A DNA stretch of 64,000 nt, taken from the NCBI RefSeq assembly GCF_009914755.1, contig NC_060935.1, one strand, 5' to 3'. This DNA comes from the human T2T-CHM13v2.0 reference genome, Homo sapiens. Below, piece by piece: positions 1-26,189 of the stretch. Made by a program: the position numbers and the translations under genes. Positions within the stretch are counted from its first letter, which is position 1. Every line of letters starts with the position of its first letter. The notes below the pieces were generated by a model. It was not told the origin of the DNA, searched no databases, and was given only the letters and a program-made list of their open reading frames with translations.

Positions 1-59
1 GTTTTTGTTTGTTTTAATTTTGTTTGTCATTCACCAATAATCCCATTATCTTCTATAAT

Positions 60-280
60 AGTGGTAGGCAAACTTATCCTGTAAATGGCCAGATAGTAAC
101 TATTTTAGGCTTTGAAGGCTATAAGTCTCTGTTACAAGCTACTCAAACTTGCCATTGTAGCATGAAAGCAAGCATAGACAATATATAAACAAATGAGTAT
201 GTCTGTGTTCCAATAAAATTTTATTTACAAAAAAAGGACAGTAAGCCATATATGACCTCTGTTTAGTTTGCTGATCCTTG
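60..280. mobile_element. MER58A-like hAT MITE
   Basis: ggcaaact...ctgtaaatggccagatagtaa.tattttaggcttt...ctgtgttccaataaaattttatttacaaaaa...tagtttgctga. Confidence 0.8.
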
Positions 281-1319
281 CTCTACCACACTACTCTATT
301 TATTTCTTTCACAGTGCTAAGTGTTTTGTAATAACTTGTTTACTGTCTCTCTCCCCATATCAGACTGGTAGCTCCATGAGGGCAGAGCCTATGTCAATTT
401 TGCTTGTTAGAGAGAATCCAATACTGACATATAGTATAGGCTTAATAAAACTTTGTTGGCTGACTGAGTGAATAATGTGCCATTTACTGGACTAGGGAAT
501 GCCAGAGAAGGAACAGTTTTTGAGAGAAGATAATGATTGTCTTTAGGGACATGCACGTGTTATTATAATTTCTCATTTTTATTATTCTCTCTGGAGTCCC
601 ATTCAGCTCTAACCTTCTTTAAATCTCACTAGTTTTGAGGTCTGTGATGTTTTTCAGAGTAGCTGCTTTTTGGACTCACTCTCTGGGAGGCTGTAATTGG
701 AGGTCCAGCCACTGGGGGGATTCCCTGGGACATCCACCATGAGCCAAAGCAGCAGGAAGAAGATTTGGGCCTGGCCTGCCCCTCCCACACATTTGTCAGC
801 ATTGGCTCCAAGAACTCAGATTCCTTTCCCATTCTGTTTGGGCTCAGCTAAATTAGAAAGACCAAATCTGTGACTTAAGGAATTACTTCATGCAGAATTT
901 TCAAAATTTCAGTCATTCATGTGCCTCCTTCACAGTTTTAACTGCATTTCCATACCGCCCACACAGAGGCTTACTTAATATTTTCAGCTCTTTCAAACAT
1001 TTTTAATGTTCAAATTAAATTGGATCACTCTTTGCTCAAAAAATCAAACAGCCTCCCATTACAGAGTAAATTTCGGAGCTCTTACCGCAGTCCACAAGGC
1101 CCCATGTCATCTGGCCCCTGGCTACTTCTCTGACCTCATTTCTGCCATTCATTCAGTCAGCCACACTGACCTCGTATTCTTGGAACATTCCAAGCAAGCT
1201 GCTACCTCAAAGCCTTGGCTCAACCTACCTAGAATGCTTCATTCCTCACACATCATTCCTCAGAAGGGCCTTCCCAGGCCACCCTATATAAAATATAAAA
1301 TAGCAGCTCTGTTTGGTCT

Positions 1320-1352
1320 TCCAAATAAGTTTTAGAATCAGCTAGAAAAATT

Positions 1353-1394
<42 letters not shown>

Positions 1395-1720
1395 TCAGAA
1401 TATTGATTGGGATTGCATTAAATTTCTAGAATAATTTGGAAGAACTGACATCTTTATCATATTGAGTTTTCTTCCCATCCATGCTGGATCTTATTTGTTT
1501 AGGTTTTACTTTATAGTTTTCATTAAAATTATATAATTTTCTTGATAAAGACTAGGCGTACATCTTTTATGAGATTTATTTCTACACGTAAACAATGTTG
1601 TTGCTTTTGAAAGGTTATCTTTTAAAACATTATATAGAAAGTGCTTGCTATAATCCTGTTTTTATTTTTAATATTATTTATTTATGCCCTCTCTTCTTTT
1701 CTTCATGGTGAGTCTTACTG
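1320..1720 (-). mobile_element. Ancient L1M fragment
   Basis: ttgattgggattgcattaaat...aatttggaagaactgacatcttta.catattgagt. Confidence 0.6.
1355..1393. repeat. (AC)n microsatellite
   Basis: Direct reading. Confidence 0.97.
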
Positions 1721-2910
1721 GTATCAGAGGGATGTTAAAGAACTACTAGCACCTAATGGAGACATTCTTCTTGATATAATCAAAAGTATTGAAAAGGAAT
1801 GAAAAAGGGGGTAATTAAATATTCTTTAATGCTGATATTCATGTGGAAACTTAAAATTATTTTCTGTCCTACCAATGCTATATGACTTCCATACGGGGAA
1901 ACATATTATTTATTATATCAATGTCATAACCACATTGAAATGCCTTTAGGGCTGTCAGTTGCTTTGGCTCACCTCTAGGGCCTGTCTTTAGCTCGGGAGT
2001 AACAGAAGGATCTGGGTTAGGAGACATGGGTGTGAAAGGTATCCCAGAGAAGAGGGGGATCCTAGAGTCTGGATAAGCTGGGAGGCCCCCTCTCAACACC
2101 CCATAGAGATGTGCTGTCTCTATGAGAAGTTGTTCAAACAGAGGGGTTGCCTAGGGCAAGGATCGGAGGTGGAGGGAGCAGGGGGTGGCACAGGCTTCCC
2201 TCCCTTTCCCCACCAAAGACTCAGGCTCTGGGTGTGAAGCAGGAAATGGGGTCTTCTTAGAATTGTTGAGGTTTCCTGGAAGCCTGTGAGGGCTGAGACC
2301 ATCTGGCTTTCTAAAGTTCACTTTCTGGTGGAGGAGGGACCCCTATCTGGGGACATAGGCTCACTAGTTATAGATACTGAGGCCCTGGGGGTACAGATGC
2401 TGGACTGGAGGAAGAGGCTGTTAGCCCTGGACTCTTCCAGTCTCCACTGCTATTTACCCATGACCACACACTCCCTGTCCTCTGGTCAGTCTTTGCAGCC
2501 TGTGCTTGTCAAATCAAACTATGTGTTCTGGGAAATATGAGCATTTTAAGGCTCCGCCTTATCTGATAAACCCTTGAACTGAAGAAGGCAGGAAGCCACA
2601 GGCTCCTGGGTGGGCAGTACCTACCTGGGGTTACCCCCGACCTCAGAGGGGAAGGCAGCTGTTCTGAGTCATCAAGTAAGCCTAACAACTAACACCCACT
2701 TACACGTTCACATCATCAGAGAGGGAGGCGAAGGCCAAGTTGAATGCCTGGAACGGGGGCACTGAGAAGAGCAAAGGCTTTGGGATGACAGGGCCCAGGT
2801 TCTAGTTCTGGCTCTTCCACCTCCTAGCCATATCTATTAGATAACCTCTCTCAGTCTCTGAAAGCCCAATAACACCATGGTGCAATGCGATCCCACTAAA
2901 AAAAATTGTA

Positions 2911-3230
<320 letters not shown>

Positions 3231-3506
3231 TCATATGAATTTTATAATTAAGAAAAGAACAATGGTAACAGTTTATTGTAAAGTGCTAGACAAATACATA
3301 TTTTCTATTGTTATTTTTATCATTGTTCCTTTGTCCAGTCCTACAGTCAGAAAATATCACATAAGAAAACAATGCCTTCTTACATGTCCCTTACTAGAGG
3401 CAGACAGATTTTAGGGTGGGAGTGGTATGGGAGAAAGCAGAGGCTTTTCTCTTAAAATTTAAAAATATTCATACTAAAGAGGACTTCAAAGAGGTTACAA
3501 ACCCAG

Positions 3507-3803
3507 GGCCAGGCACAGTGGCTCACATCTATAATCTCAGCTCTTTGGGAGGCCAAGGTGGAAGGGTCACTTATGCCCAGGAGTTTTAGACTAGCCTTGG
3601 CAACACAGCAAGACTCCATCTCTACAAAAAATAAAAAATTAGCCGGGTGTGGTGGTGTGGGCCTGTAGTCCCAGCTACTCAGGAGGCTGAGGTGGGAGGA
3701 TCACTTGAGCCAGGGAGGTCGAGGCTGCAGTGAGCCATGATCACACATCTGCACTCAGCCTGGGTGACAGAGTGAGACCCTGTTTCAAAAAAAAAAAAAA
3801 AAA
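3507..3803 (+). mobile_element. AluJ
   Basis: Alu consensus with J diagnostics; TSD aaagagg(t/a)tacaaa. Confidence 0.92.
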
Positions 3804-4631
3804 GAGGATACAAATCCGGGAAGCCATGGAATGGTAGACATGGAAGCACCTACAGTAATACACTCCGTATGGATTTCTCAAACACGTATGTAAAAACATA
3901 AATGAAGTTCTCAAAAAAATGAGATGTCCTGTCTTAAATATTTGCAGGATATAAGGGTCACTCAGCTCTTTTAGCTTTATTTGAACACAAAATATTTAAT
4001 ATTTTGCATGTAGAGAATAAGAGGTAGTCAGCATGAAAAGGGAGAAGAAAAAGATTTGCAATCAATGCTGTGTAGGAAGAAAGCAAAATGACAAATATGA
4101 GCCTACTCAGCAGATGGATATTAGAGAGACTGAGGAATAGACAAGGGGCAAATAGATAGAGAGACAGAGCAGAAAGAGGAGAAACGAAGCTGTGAAAGCA
4201 GAGACCATTCCCAGGCCCCATAGCTGGGTGACAACCTCTGAGATGATCCAAGGAGTCTGGCTCTGATTAGAAGACTTTATTCACTCAACAAATTGTTATG
4301 TTGTGCATACTGTGGGCCAGGACTCTTCTAGACATTAGAAGTACAAAACTGAACAACTCCAAACCTCTACTCTCATGTAATTTATATTTTAGAGGGAGAA
4401 GACATAATAAACAAGTAAAGCTAAAAGTATGACATGTCAGGTGGTGATAAAACTTTAGATAAAACTAATGCTGAGCGAGGGCGACAGGAAGCGCAGAGGA
4501 GAGGAATGAGGGAGAGAGGTGGGAGCCATGTGCTATTCTCTGTAGCTGATTCCATTGTCAGCCTCACCAGGAAGGAACCATTTGAGCCATGGCCTTAAAA
4601 GACCCATGTGAACTCACATGCAAAAAAATGC

Positions 4632-5279
4632 AATAGGAATCATCACAAAAGATGCAGTTGATTGTCCAGCCAACATCCAGTTATTCCTTCCTTCTCTCTC
4701 ACAGAACCCTTCTCCCTTTGCCAAGATGCTGCCGTGTGATGAGGAGAAAGCTGGGCTCAATCTCTAATCCCAGAGGTGGATCCTGTTAGATCCCAATTAG
4801 TCTAGGTCAATTATGGCTATCCAACTCCACTTACCAGTGAGTGTGTTAGGAAGCCAGGCTTAAGCCAATCAACATAGGGAATCCCCCTGATCACTGTCAT
4901 TGGTCCAGAAGCAGGCACATACCCTAAACTAGCCTAAGCATATTGAAAGGAAGGGTTTATATTTCTGTTTGGGGAGGAGATTTTTTTCTCTGTTAGATGA
5001 ATGTGAACAAGGAAGCATGTTGTCACAGTTGCTCAGGACACAGTGACACAGCCGTCTCTGGACAATGAGGGAAGCTAGCCTGTAGACAGAGCCAATACAA
5101 AGAAGAGGGCAGAGCTGGGAGCACTACAGAGAAATGGAGTCAGAGCCCCGATTATTCCATGCCTGGGGCCTGCTCTACTTCAACACTCCCCATTATGTAC
5201 TGTGAAGAATCTCCTTACTGTTTAAGCCAGTTCGAGTTAGGTTTTCTGTTCCCTGGTCCTTAAAGGTTCTTAACTGACA
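4632..5279 (+). mobile_element. Old ERVL LTR (LTR16-like)
   Basis: Ends tgtttaagccagttcgagttaggttttctgtt...cttaactgaca, typical of LTR16/MLT1 ends. Confidence 0.6.
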
Positions 5280-5600
5280 ATAAAAATAATAGCAGCTAAC
5301 ATTTCTTGAGAATTGGCTTGTGGAGGCTCACACTTTATACTGGTAATTTTTAAAAATGTTCTAAACAACCTTACAAGGCAAATGCAACTACTGTGCTTAT
5401 TTGTAAGACACAAGTGATTCTGCTAAAGGTCATTTGGGTGGTTAAGTTGCAGAATGAAAATCTGTCAGAACTCAGAGCCTGTGCTCTTAATCACTGTAGT
5501 GATTCCATCCATATGTGAGGCAGAGGAAAACAGGAAGGAGATTGTGAAGAAGTCCCAGGAAGAAGAGGAGATAGAGATATTATTAATTATATTAATATAA

Positions 5601-5965
<365 letters not shown>

Positions 5966-6399
5966 ATTCTCTGCCTAGGAGCTTCTTTTTGTTAAGAACT
6001 CGACTCAGATCTATCTTCTCCTCTAAGAAGCTTCCCCACATTCCCAGCTCCCCAGATCTCCAACCTTCTGGGATCCCACAGAAATGTGTTCAGATTTCTA
6101 TTATAGCCCAGGTTATTTTATAATATGTTTGTTTTCATACCTTCTCCTTTTACTAAACTCAGAACTCCTTGAGGGCAAGCACTTCGATCGGTTATTCCTT
6201 GTGGTTCCCGTGCTCAGCTTAGCTCATCGTAGGTGCTCAGGAAAAGTGGGATTGAATGAAGTGAGCATCCATCCATCAAACATCACACCTTGAGCGCCCT
6301 CTGTCTTATCAGGAACTGTGCTACACCCTAAGGAGTTATATGGTTAAAAAGATCAGGCTTCTGTCCTCTGGAAGTTTATAAACAAATTGAGGATGCGTT

Positions 6400-7055
6400 T
6401 GTATCTTTCAATTATATATTACAGAAACCCAACTCAAACTAGTTTAAGAAGTAAAAAAAGAATGTGGGTAGGGGGCAGAATTAATTTGCCCCAGGCATGT
6501 GATCAGGAGAAAGCTGGGCTCAATCTCTAATTCCAGAGGTGGATCCTCTTAGATCCCAATTAGTCTAAGTCAGTTATGGCTATCCAACTCCACTTACCAG
6601 TGAGTGTGTCAGGAAGCCGGGCTTAAGATTACCTCCAGCTTCAGGAATCACTGAATCTAAGATCCAAGGATTTCCAACAATATTATTCTCAAAATTACAT
6701 CTCTTTCTATAACTTGCTCTTGTGTAGCTGCATTCTCAGGATTTTTTTTCCATGTGAAAGTACTTCACAGCTCCATGTTTGCATCCAATCACAGCAATTA
6801 GAGCTGCTTGTTCCAATCTTTCCAGCAAAAGTAATTCCCAATGGTTCATCTGCCCTTCACAGAACCCTTCACAGTGACTCTGATTTAAAAGTCCTAAGTC
6901 ACATGCCTGCCTCTGGATTTTGAGGTGGGGTTAACCCCATCCAAATCATATCGACTAAAAGTGAGGGAACGTGGTCCCCCAGAGGAAAATCAAGTTGCTG
7001 TTACCAAAGTGGGAGATGATGCTGGGCAGGCAAAAACCAACATGTCCTCCATACA
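6400..7055 (-). mobile_element. Old ERVL LTR (LTR33-like) carrying a 130-bp insert
   Basis: acagaaacccaactcaaactagtttaag at one end and gatgctgggcaggcaaaaaccaacatgtcctccataca at the other. Confidence 0.55.
6498..6627 (+). repeat. 130-bp dispersed copy of 4735-4864
   Basis: Ungapped alignment with about 7 mismatches. Confidence 0.95.
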
Positions 7056-7931
7056 GGAGATGTCTTATACACTAATAATTATGGCAAGGCCAGGAGTGAT
7101 GCCTTTCTTGAGAGCTTACAGTCAAAGATTAGATAGAATAAATGGATCATTTCAAGGACAGCTGTCCATGAACGCCTCTTAGGAGAAAGTCTATGAACTT
7201 GGTCTTCTGGATAGTAGAATTATGGTAGGTGAAGATGAAAAAGCCTTTCAGATAATGTGGAAAGGCATGAACAGAGGCAGAGAGGCAGGGATACTTTGGA
7301 GATTTTCCAAGTTTGGTGGGAAATTTTGGGAATTAAGGCTGGAACATTGGTCAGGGGCTAGACCCATAATCTAGTAATGTACTAACCCTTTATTCAGATG
7401 TCTTTCACATATAATCTCAGAAAGAGTATACTAATTTTGGTGGGGACCAAGAATAGGACAATTCTTCCCATGTTACCGATTGCGTGTTACCCAGTACAAG
7501 AGACACCTGCTGAGAGAGAGATCACAGTGCCCAGACAGAACAGCACGAGTACCCCAGTGTTCTGCCTTTCAGTCCAGGACTGTGCCCCTCCTCCCAACAA
7601 ACTCCCTCTCCTCCACATAGAGAGAAAATGAAGTCTGGGGTTGGAAGTCACCAGGACAGCAGCTGTGGCTCAGCCCCATGGCCAGCCTGAAGGATCCTCT
7701 GGAGGAAGCTGTGGGAACTACCACCTAGGCAGAGAGCAGGTATCTGAGTTGCATAATGGCTAAGAGCAGACTCCAGAGTCAGACAGGCCGGGCATTTATC
7801 ACCAGTTTCATGACACGATGTTACCTTGGACAAATCATGACTTTTCTGAGCCTTAGTTCCCTCATCTGTAGAACAAGGATGGTTAATAAGATCTGAATGA
7901 GGTAATGCATATTAAGAAGTTAGCACAATGT

Positions 7932-8247
<316 letters not shown>

Positions 8248-9165
8248 TTAGCACAATGTCTGTTACATAGGGTGTGCAATAAGTGGGATATTGAGGGCAT
8301 TACAGTGTGGTACAGACCCTTGAGTCAGATTGACTTCCCAAGGTCAAATCCTGGTCCCATTTTAATTGTTCTATAATGTACTTTCCACACCTCCCCCCCC
8401 GTTCCCCCACATTTTAAACATCTCTGAAATCAGAATGCACCTCAGCATTGTAACATGGTTTAATTGTCAGTTATTATCTCTTAGAATATATGAGATAATA
8501 GCCTGTCTTTACACTTGATCTCTTATGTTGGGCAAATTACTTAATCTCTTGGTACCTCAGTTTCTTCAGTTGTAAAATAGGGATAATAATAGTGTCTACT
8601 TATAAAGTTGTGAAGACTAAATTAGACTTGCTTTGGAAATTTCTGGCACACAATAAGGGCTTAATAAATTCCATGTATTGGTATTGTTTTTATTATTATC
8701 ATTTCAAACCAGGTAATGGGTGTGGTGGGAGCTGCATGAGCTGAGCAGCTAGAAGCAGAAGAGGGGAAGGCTGGTATGGGAGGGGCAATGCTGGTTCTCA
8801 GGTCAAAAGGGGAGTGTGATGAACAGTAGCCAGGAAGCCAGACAAGTGTCCAATGCAGCACAAGGTTGATGAGGGCATATGGTTTTCAGGTGAAGACTGG
8901 GAACCATGTTAGGGTACCAAGCCTGGTTGCCCAGCGGGGATGGGTTGGTGGGTTAAAAGGGATAGCCAGGTTGGGCTAGTTGGTCTATATGTTCTCTTTG
9001 AAATTGCATGTTCTCTGACTGTAATAACTACTGTCTATTAAGTCTTTACTACATGCCAGGGCACTGTACTAATTGATAAGTACTGTCTCACAGAAATCTG
9101 TTATCAATCATATGAGTTAGGTGATTTTATTAGATCAATTTTATAAAAGCAACCAAGAAGGTTCA

Positions 9166-9470
9166 GGCCGGGCGTGGTGGCTCACACCTGTAATCCCAGC
9201 ACCTTGGGAAGCTGAGGCAGGTGGATCACCTGAGGTCAGGAGTTCAAGACCAGCCTGACCAACATGGCGAAACCCTGTCTCTACTAAAATACAAAAATTA
9301 GCTAGGCGTGGTGGTGCATGCCTGTAATCGCAGCTACTGGGGAGGCTGAGGCAGGGAGAATTGCTTGAACTCAGGAGGTGGAGGTTGCAGTGAGCCAAGA
9401 CTGTGCCATTGTACTTCAGCCTGGGCAACAGAGCGAGACTCAGTCTCAAAAAAACAAAAACAAACAAAAG
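9166..9470 (+). mobile_element. AluS in a MIR
   Basis: Alu consensus. Confidence 0.92.
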
Positions 9471-9973
9471 AAACCGAGGCTCAAAGAGGTAAATTAACAT
9501 GTTCAAAGTCACGTGGCTATTAAGTGGTAGAGCTGGAACTTGAATAGGGTTTTTTTGACTTTACATCTGGCACCTAAGCTCCTCTGCCACATTCTTGAAC
9601 TCAGTTCTCCAGCATATCTCAGTGTATCCAGAAGCAATTTTTCTCCCTTTTTCCTTTCCCCCCTCCTCCCCCACCCCACAGGTCTCCACCTCCCAAGTCC
9701 ACAAATGCCAAACTCACAAGTCATCTGTTTTGCCAAAATTCTGTTCCGATTTGATAAACCCTAGCTGGGCCAGCTCACTCAGCATGATTCAGCCGGAGAG
9801 AATAGCAAGGCTGCATGCCCGGCATGCCGACCAGCTGAGCTCAGGCAGGATGGGAGGCGCTCAGGAACCTCAGCCTGACAGATGGCTCCACTCGGCTGTC
9901 TCCACGGGCCTGATGCCAGGGGCAGCACTCGTTCTCAGCAGGAGGGAGGTCGTACGAGTTTCACATGCATGGA

Positions 9974-10170
9974 TGTGTGTGTGTGTGTGTGTGTGTGTGT
10001 TTCACATGGACCATGCAGGAGTGAAGCTGTGTATTATCCAGAGTGCCCATGTGTATGTGGCCGGTTTGCACATGTTTGTCTGTATGCGTGTGGATGAATG
10101 CATGTGTGCATGTCTAGCTGTGTGTTTGTGTGTGTATTTGTGTGCATGCAGAAGTGTATGTGTGTGTGTT
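9974..10170. repeat. (TG)n microsatellite and degenerate TG-rich tract
   Basis: Direct reading. Confidence 0.9.
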
Positions 10171-10629
10171 TGAGTTTCAAATTTGCATTCATGTAGGATG
10201 TGTGCTCATGAGCATGAAAGAGAAAGCTGGGGGTGGGAAGTAGGGGGAGAACGGTCGTGGGCTTTGAGAGTTGAGAATGTTGAATGTTCCCACCTGCAGT
10301 GGAGAGTTGCTGTATGCCCCTCCCTCCAGCTCTCTCTCCTCTTCACAGGACTGACTGACATCAGCAGCAGCAAAAGGTCATATCAAGCCCAATGTGAAGT
10401 TTAGGCTCTGGCTATGATTTAGGTTTCCCAAACCAACTCCTTGGCTACAGTTTTCTCCTAAGGTAGGGGTACTTAACTGTTTGTTAATCTAGGGTCCCCC
10501 TGAAAAATCTGGTGACCAGAATGAATCTTCCAGGAAAATGCCCTCAAAACACATAATTTTATATGCAATATTATGGAGTTCTAGGGGCCCTCCAAAGCCT
10601 ATCCATGGACCTCAGGTTAGGAAACCAAG

Positions 10630-12190
<1,561 letters not shown>

Positions 12191-12429
12191 ACCATACATA
12201 ATCAAAAGACAGAAAGAAGACTGGAAGGAAATATAAAATACACAAAACATTAATCAGAGTTATCAGCATGAGGAATTATAGGAGTTTTTACATTTATCAG
12301 AGTTATTACTATTGGAGATTATAAGTGCTTTTATATTCTATTTTACAGTTGTTTATCTCAATGTTCCCAGTCCACTCCAGTGCATGTGGACCAAATTTGA
12401 ACAATGAGAAAGAATACCTGGAGAAAATT

Positions 12430-16440
<4,011 letters not shown>

Positions 16441-16704
16441 CAGAAAACAAAGAAGAAATAAAGACTTTGAGACATATTTTTAAAACAGAAAAAATTTATC
16501 ACCAGCAAAACACCACTGCAAGAAAAGTTCAAGGAAATACTCCAATCAAAAGGAAAATCATGCCAAATAGAAATCTAGATCTATGCAAAGGAGCAAAGCA
16601 CTAGAGATAAAAATATATGGGTGTACTATCTATTGCTGTATAATAAATTATTCTAAACTTTGATGGCTTAAAATGACAAATGTATTATCTCATATGGGTC
16701 AGTC

Positions 16705-17085
<381 letters not shown>

Positions 17086-17087
17086 AC

Positions 17088-22372
<5,285 letters not shown>

Positions 22373-22389
22373 GAATTTCAAGAAGTCAG

Positions 22390-22421
<32 letters not shown>

Positions 22422-22679
22422 CAATCCTCCTGCCTCAGCCTCCAGAGTAGCTGGGATTACAGGTATGCACCACTGCTCCCAACTGATATAGGATTTTTCA
22501 TATGTCTTGTACTACAGAGTTATTGGTGAACAATTATTACACCCCAAAGTCAGAAACCATTTAGTCAACCTTTGTGACCCCTGGTATCTAGTGTAAAATA
22601 ATCTTACATGTAATGGAAACAGTAAAAAATTTGTTGATTAAATTTGAAAAATAAATATATAAATAGATAGATAATAAAT

Positions 22680-22825
22680 AAAGGATGTTTGTTTAGCAAA
22701 CAGCCTTGGAAGATGGAGAAAATGTCTCTCTCCATGGCAGAGGGCTGATTTGTTTCCTGATTCATCCAGTAAAGATAATGTCTTTGCCTGGGGTGAAGGT
22801 TGGGCAGGTTTGCTTGCAGCCTTTA
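22680..22825 (+). mobile_element. Same ERVL-type LTR, right part
   Basis: aaggatgtttgtttagcaaacagccttggaagat...gggcaggtttgcttgcagc continues the left part from the duplicated aaggatrtttgt. Confidence 0.6.
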
Positions 22826-24041
22826 GCTTTTAACCGTACACTATGAATACAGAAATTGACTTCAGAGTGTTTTCTCTTGTATGGCCCAAACACACACTTA
22901 AACATTTACAGCTATAAATATTTACAGCTATGATATGCTCCAGGAAATGCCTATACCAGGAGGCGGTTGGGGAAAGGAGGGATGGGGAGGTTGGAGAAGA
23001 AGAAACATGAAAAAGATTGTATAGTGGGAATAGAGTGAGGGTTGGAGGAGAGAACTCCACAAAAGAAAAATGTAACGCACAGCAACATATGGTTCAATAG
23101 AAGCTCTTTGGTTTGCAGGACAGTGGCTAACTCAGCAGACGAACCAGAGCTTCCTGCCCTTTGCAGATGGCATGAAGATAAGAGTTTGCCAAACAACTAA
23201 GATGGGCTCTTGATTGAGCAAAGAAACCACAACATGGGACACACAGAGCCACCCTATTGCCCTACTGTCATTCAAGCTTAAAGGAGACATATCTACAGAC
23301 AGGGTTTGAGCCTAGTAATGGTGAGAACTTTCTTGGATGTCTCAACAGCCTGGAGATGAAATTCCCAAGAAGGCAGAAAATAGAGGTGGCACATTGGTTT
23401 TATTGTTTTTTATTACAATTATAAAAGTAATGCATGCTTTTTGTAAAAATTCAAACAGTACAGAGGATATAAAGGGGTAAATAAAAACCTTCTCCCTGCC
23501 AATTTCACTCCTTAGGGATACCTAATGTCAGCAGTTTCTTGTGCATGCTTCTATACACTTTCACTTGTATTTAATGTTTCTCAAAGTAATAAATGCACAA
23601 CGCTTTTAAAAAGAAAGTCACATAAACACAAAGCTTGTAACAAAAACCAATAATCCCTGTTCTGCCTCTCCCTCCCCATTTCCCCAAGTCCCTTTTCTCC
23701 AAAGTAACCATTTTAGACATTTTTTTTTAATAGCCTAATCTTGGAAGTGACATTTTAGAGGCTTCTTCTGGCATTTATATATCTCTGCTTTTCCTAAATA
23801 ATACACTGCTAATGCTAATTTTTGATTAATCAATTTTAGACATAATGTAATGACTTCTTGTATAGTGGATTCAGGATTTAGCTCTCTTACACCACTGTCC
23901 CATCTGCTTCTTCTCCCCTATACTCCCAATAGAATTGTACTACAATTTTTTCGCTACATCAGTATTTAGTATTTACATTATTATGCCTTACAACTATTTA
24001 CTTGTTATGTTATTACAAGCACACCAAAATTATATATATAT

Positions 24042-24332
<291 letters not shown>

Positions 24333-25158
24333 TCAAAATTATATTTCTTTTCCAACTTTTGCTTTTCCTAAATCTAATAATTGCCTTGGTTTTTCACCTG
24401 CTTAATTTTCTTTGTAATTATTACCTATAGTTATTTCTTTGACACTTTACAATAATCTTTCACTACAGATTCCCTTGTAGTCAATTACATCAGGTAATCT
24501 GTCTGTTCCAATTTTTCTCTTGAAAAATTGAAAATGAGTCTCCTAGAGACTCCCGGAGACTCATTTTCTTATCTGATTGCACCCTAGCCCTTCTGCTTAG
24601 CTGTCTTCCCAGCACTTTTCTTCCCTGTCATCCTGAGAATTCTTTTTTGCCTTTTTCTGAGTTGGGATCCCTGTTGCCTAGAATTTGTATCTTTCTCTTT
24701 CTCAGTTTGCACCCCTGTTTGGGAGATATCTGTTCCAGTAGTTTCATCAGTTTTAACCTGATGATACTCCTCAGTGAACCTCTCTTGAATCACCTTACTC
24801 TTTGGCCTGATTATGCTCGACACTTGGTGCAATGCTGTGATCCTAGAATCTCTACTGATTGTCACTCTTCAGGTGCTCTTCATCTCTTTCCTTGTTGGAT
24901 CTTGTTTGTTTGTTTGTTTGTTTACTCCTATATTTTGGTGGGAAAGTGTATATGTCAGAGAAAATTTCTTCATCCTATCTTCACACTTGATTATAGTCTG
25001 AAAAGTATAGAATTCTTAGGAAGTATTTGCTTGCAGAATTTTTAAGCCATTGCTCCATTCCCTTCTTGATTCCAATGTTGTTAAGGATCCTCAAGACATT
25101 TTGATTCCTGATTGTATACAACCCATTGTTTCTTTTTGGAAGTTTTCAGAATCTTCTC

Positions 25159-25159
<1 letters not shown>

Positions 25160-25197
<38 letters not shown>

Positions 25198-25492
25198 TCT
25201 TTATTTTAGAGACAGGGTCTCGCTCTGTCACCCAGGCTGAAGTGCAGTGGCAGGATCATAGCTCACTGCAGCCTGGACCTAGTGAGCTTAAGCAATCCTC
25301 CTGCCTCAGCCTCCTGAGTAGCTTGGACTACTCAGGCATGCACCACCACACCTGGCTAATTTTTTAATTTGTTGTAGACATAAGGTCTTGCTAGGTTGCC
25401 CAAACTGATCTCTAACTCCTGGGCTAAAGTAATCCTCCCAAAGTGTTAGGATTACAGGCATTACAGGATTACAGGATTCCACTACACCCTGC
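25160..25492 (-). mobile_element. AluJ with (TTTA)n tail and internal attacagg triplication
   Basis: Alu consensus; TSD agaatcttctct. Confidence 0.9.
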
Positions 25493-25651
25493 TAGAATCT
25501 TCTCTTTTTCTTTGGTGTTCTGAAATTATACAACAGTGTTCTGAATTTCACTAAGTGCTGAGATATGAATATATTTTCATTCACTGTGCTGAGCAACTTC
25601 TGGAAGACAAAATCCTCTCCACAATTGGCTCAGCAAGTGAAGAGATCTTAG

Positions 25652-26189
<538 letters not shown>

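Noticed and set aside
9808-9830. p53-like element ctgcatgcccggcatgccg
   Set aside because: The CATG cores are 5 nt apart rather than the canonical 6, and the first half-site has mismatches.
9595-10173. 192-aa ORF
   Set aside because: No recognisable domain; its length is partly sustained by stop-free TG repeats (CVCVCV).
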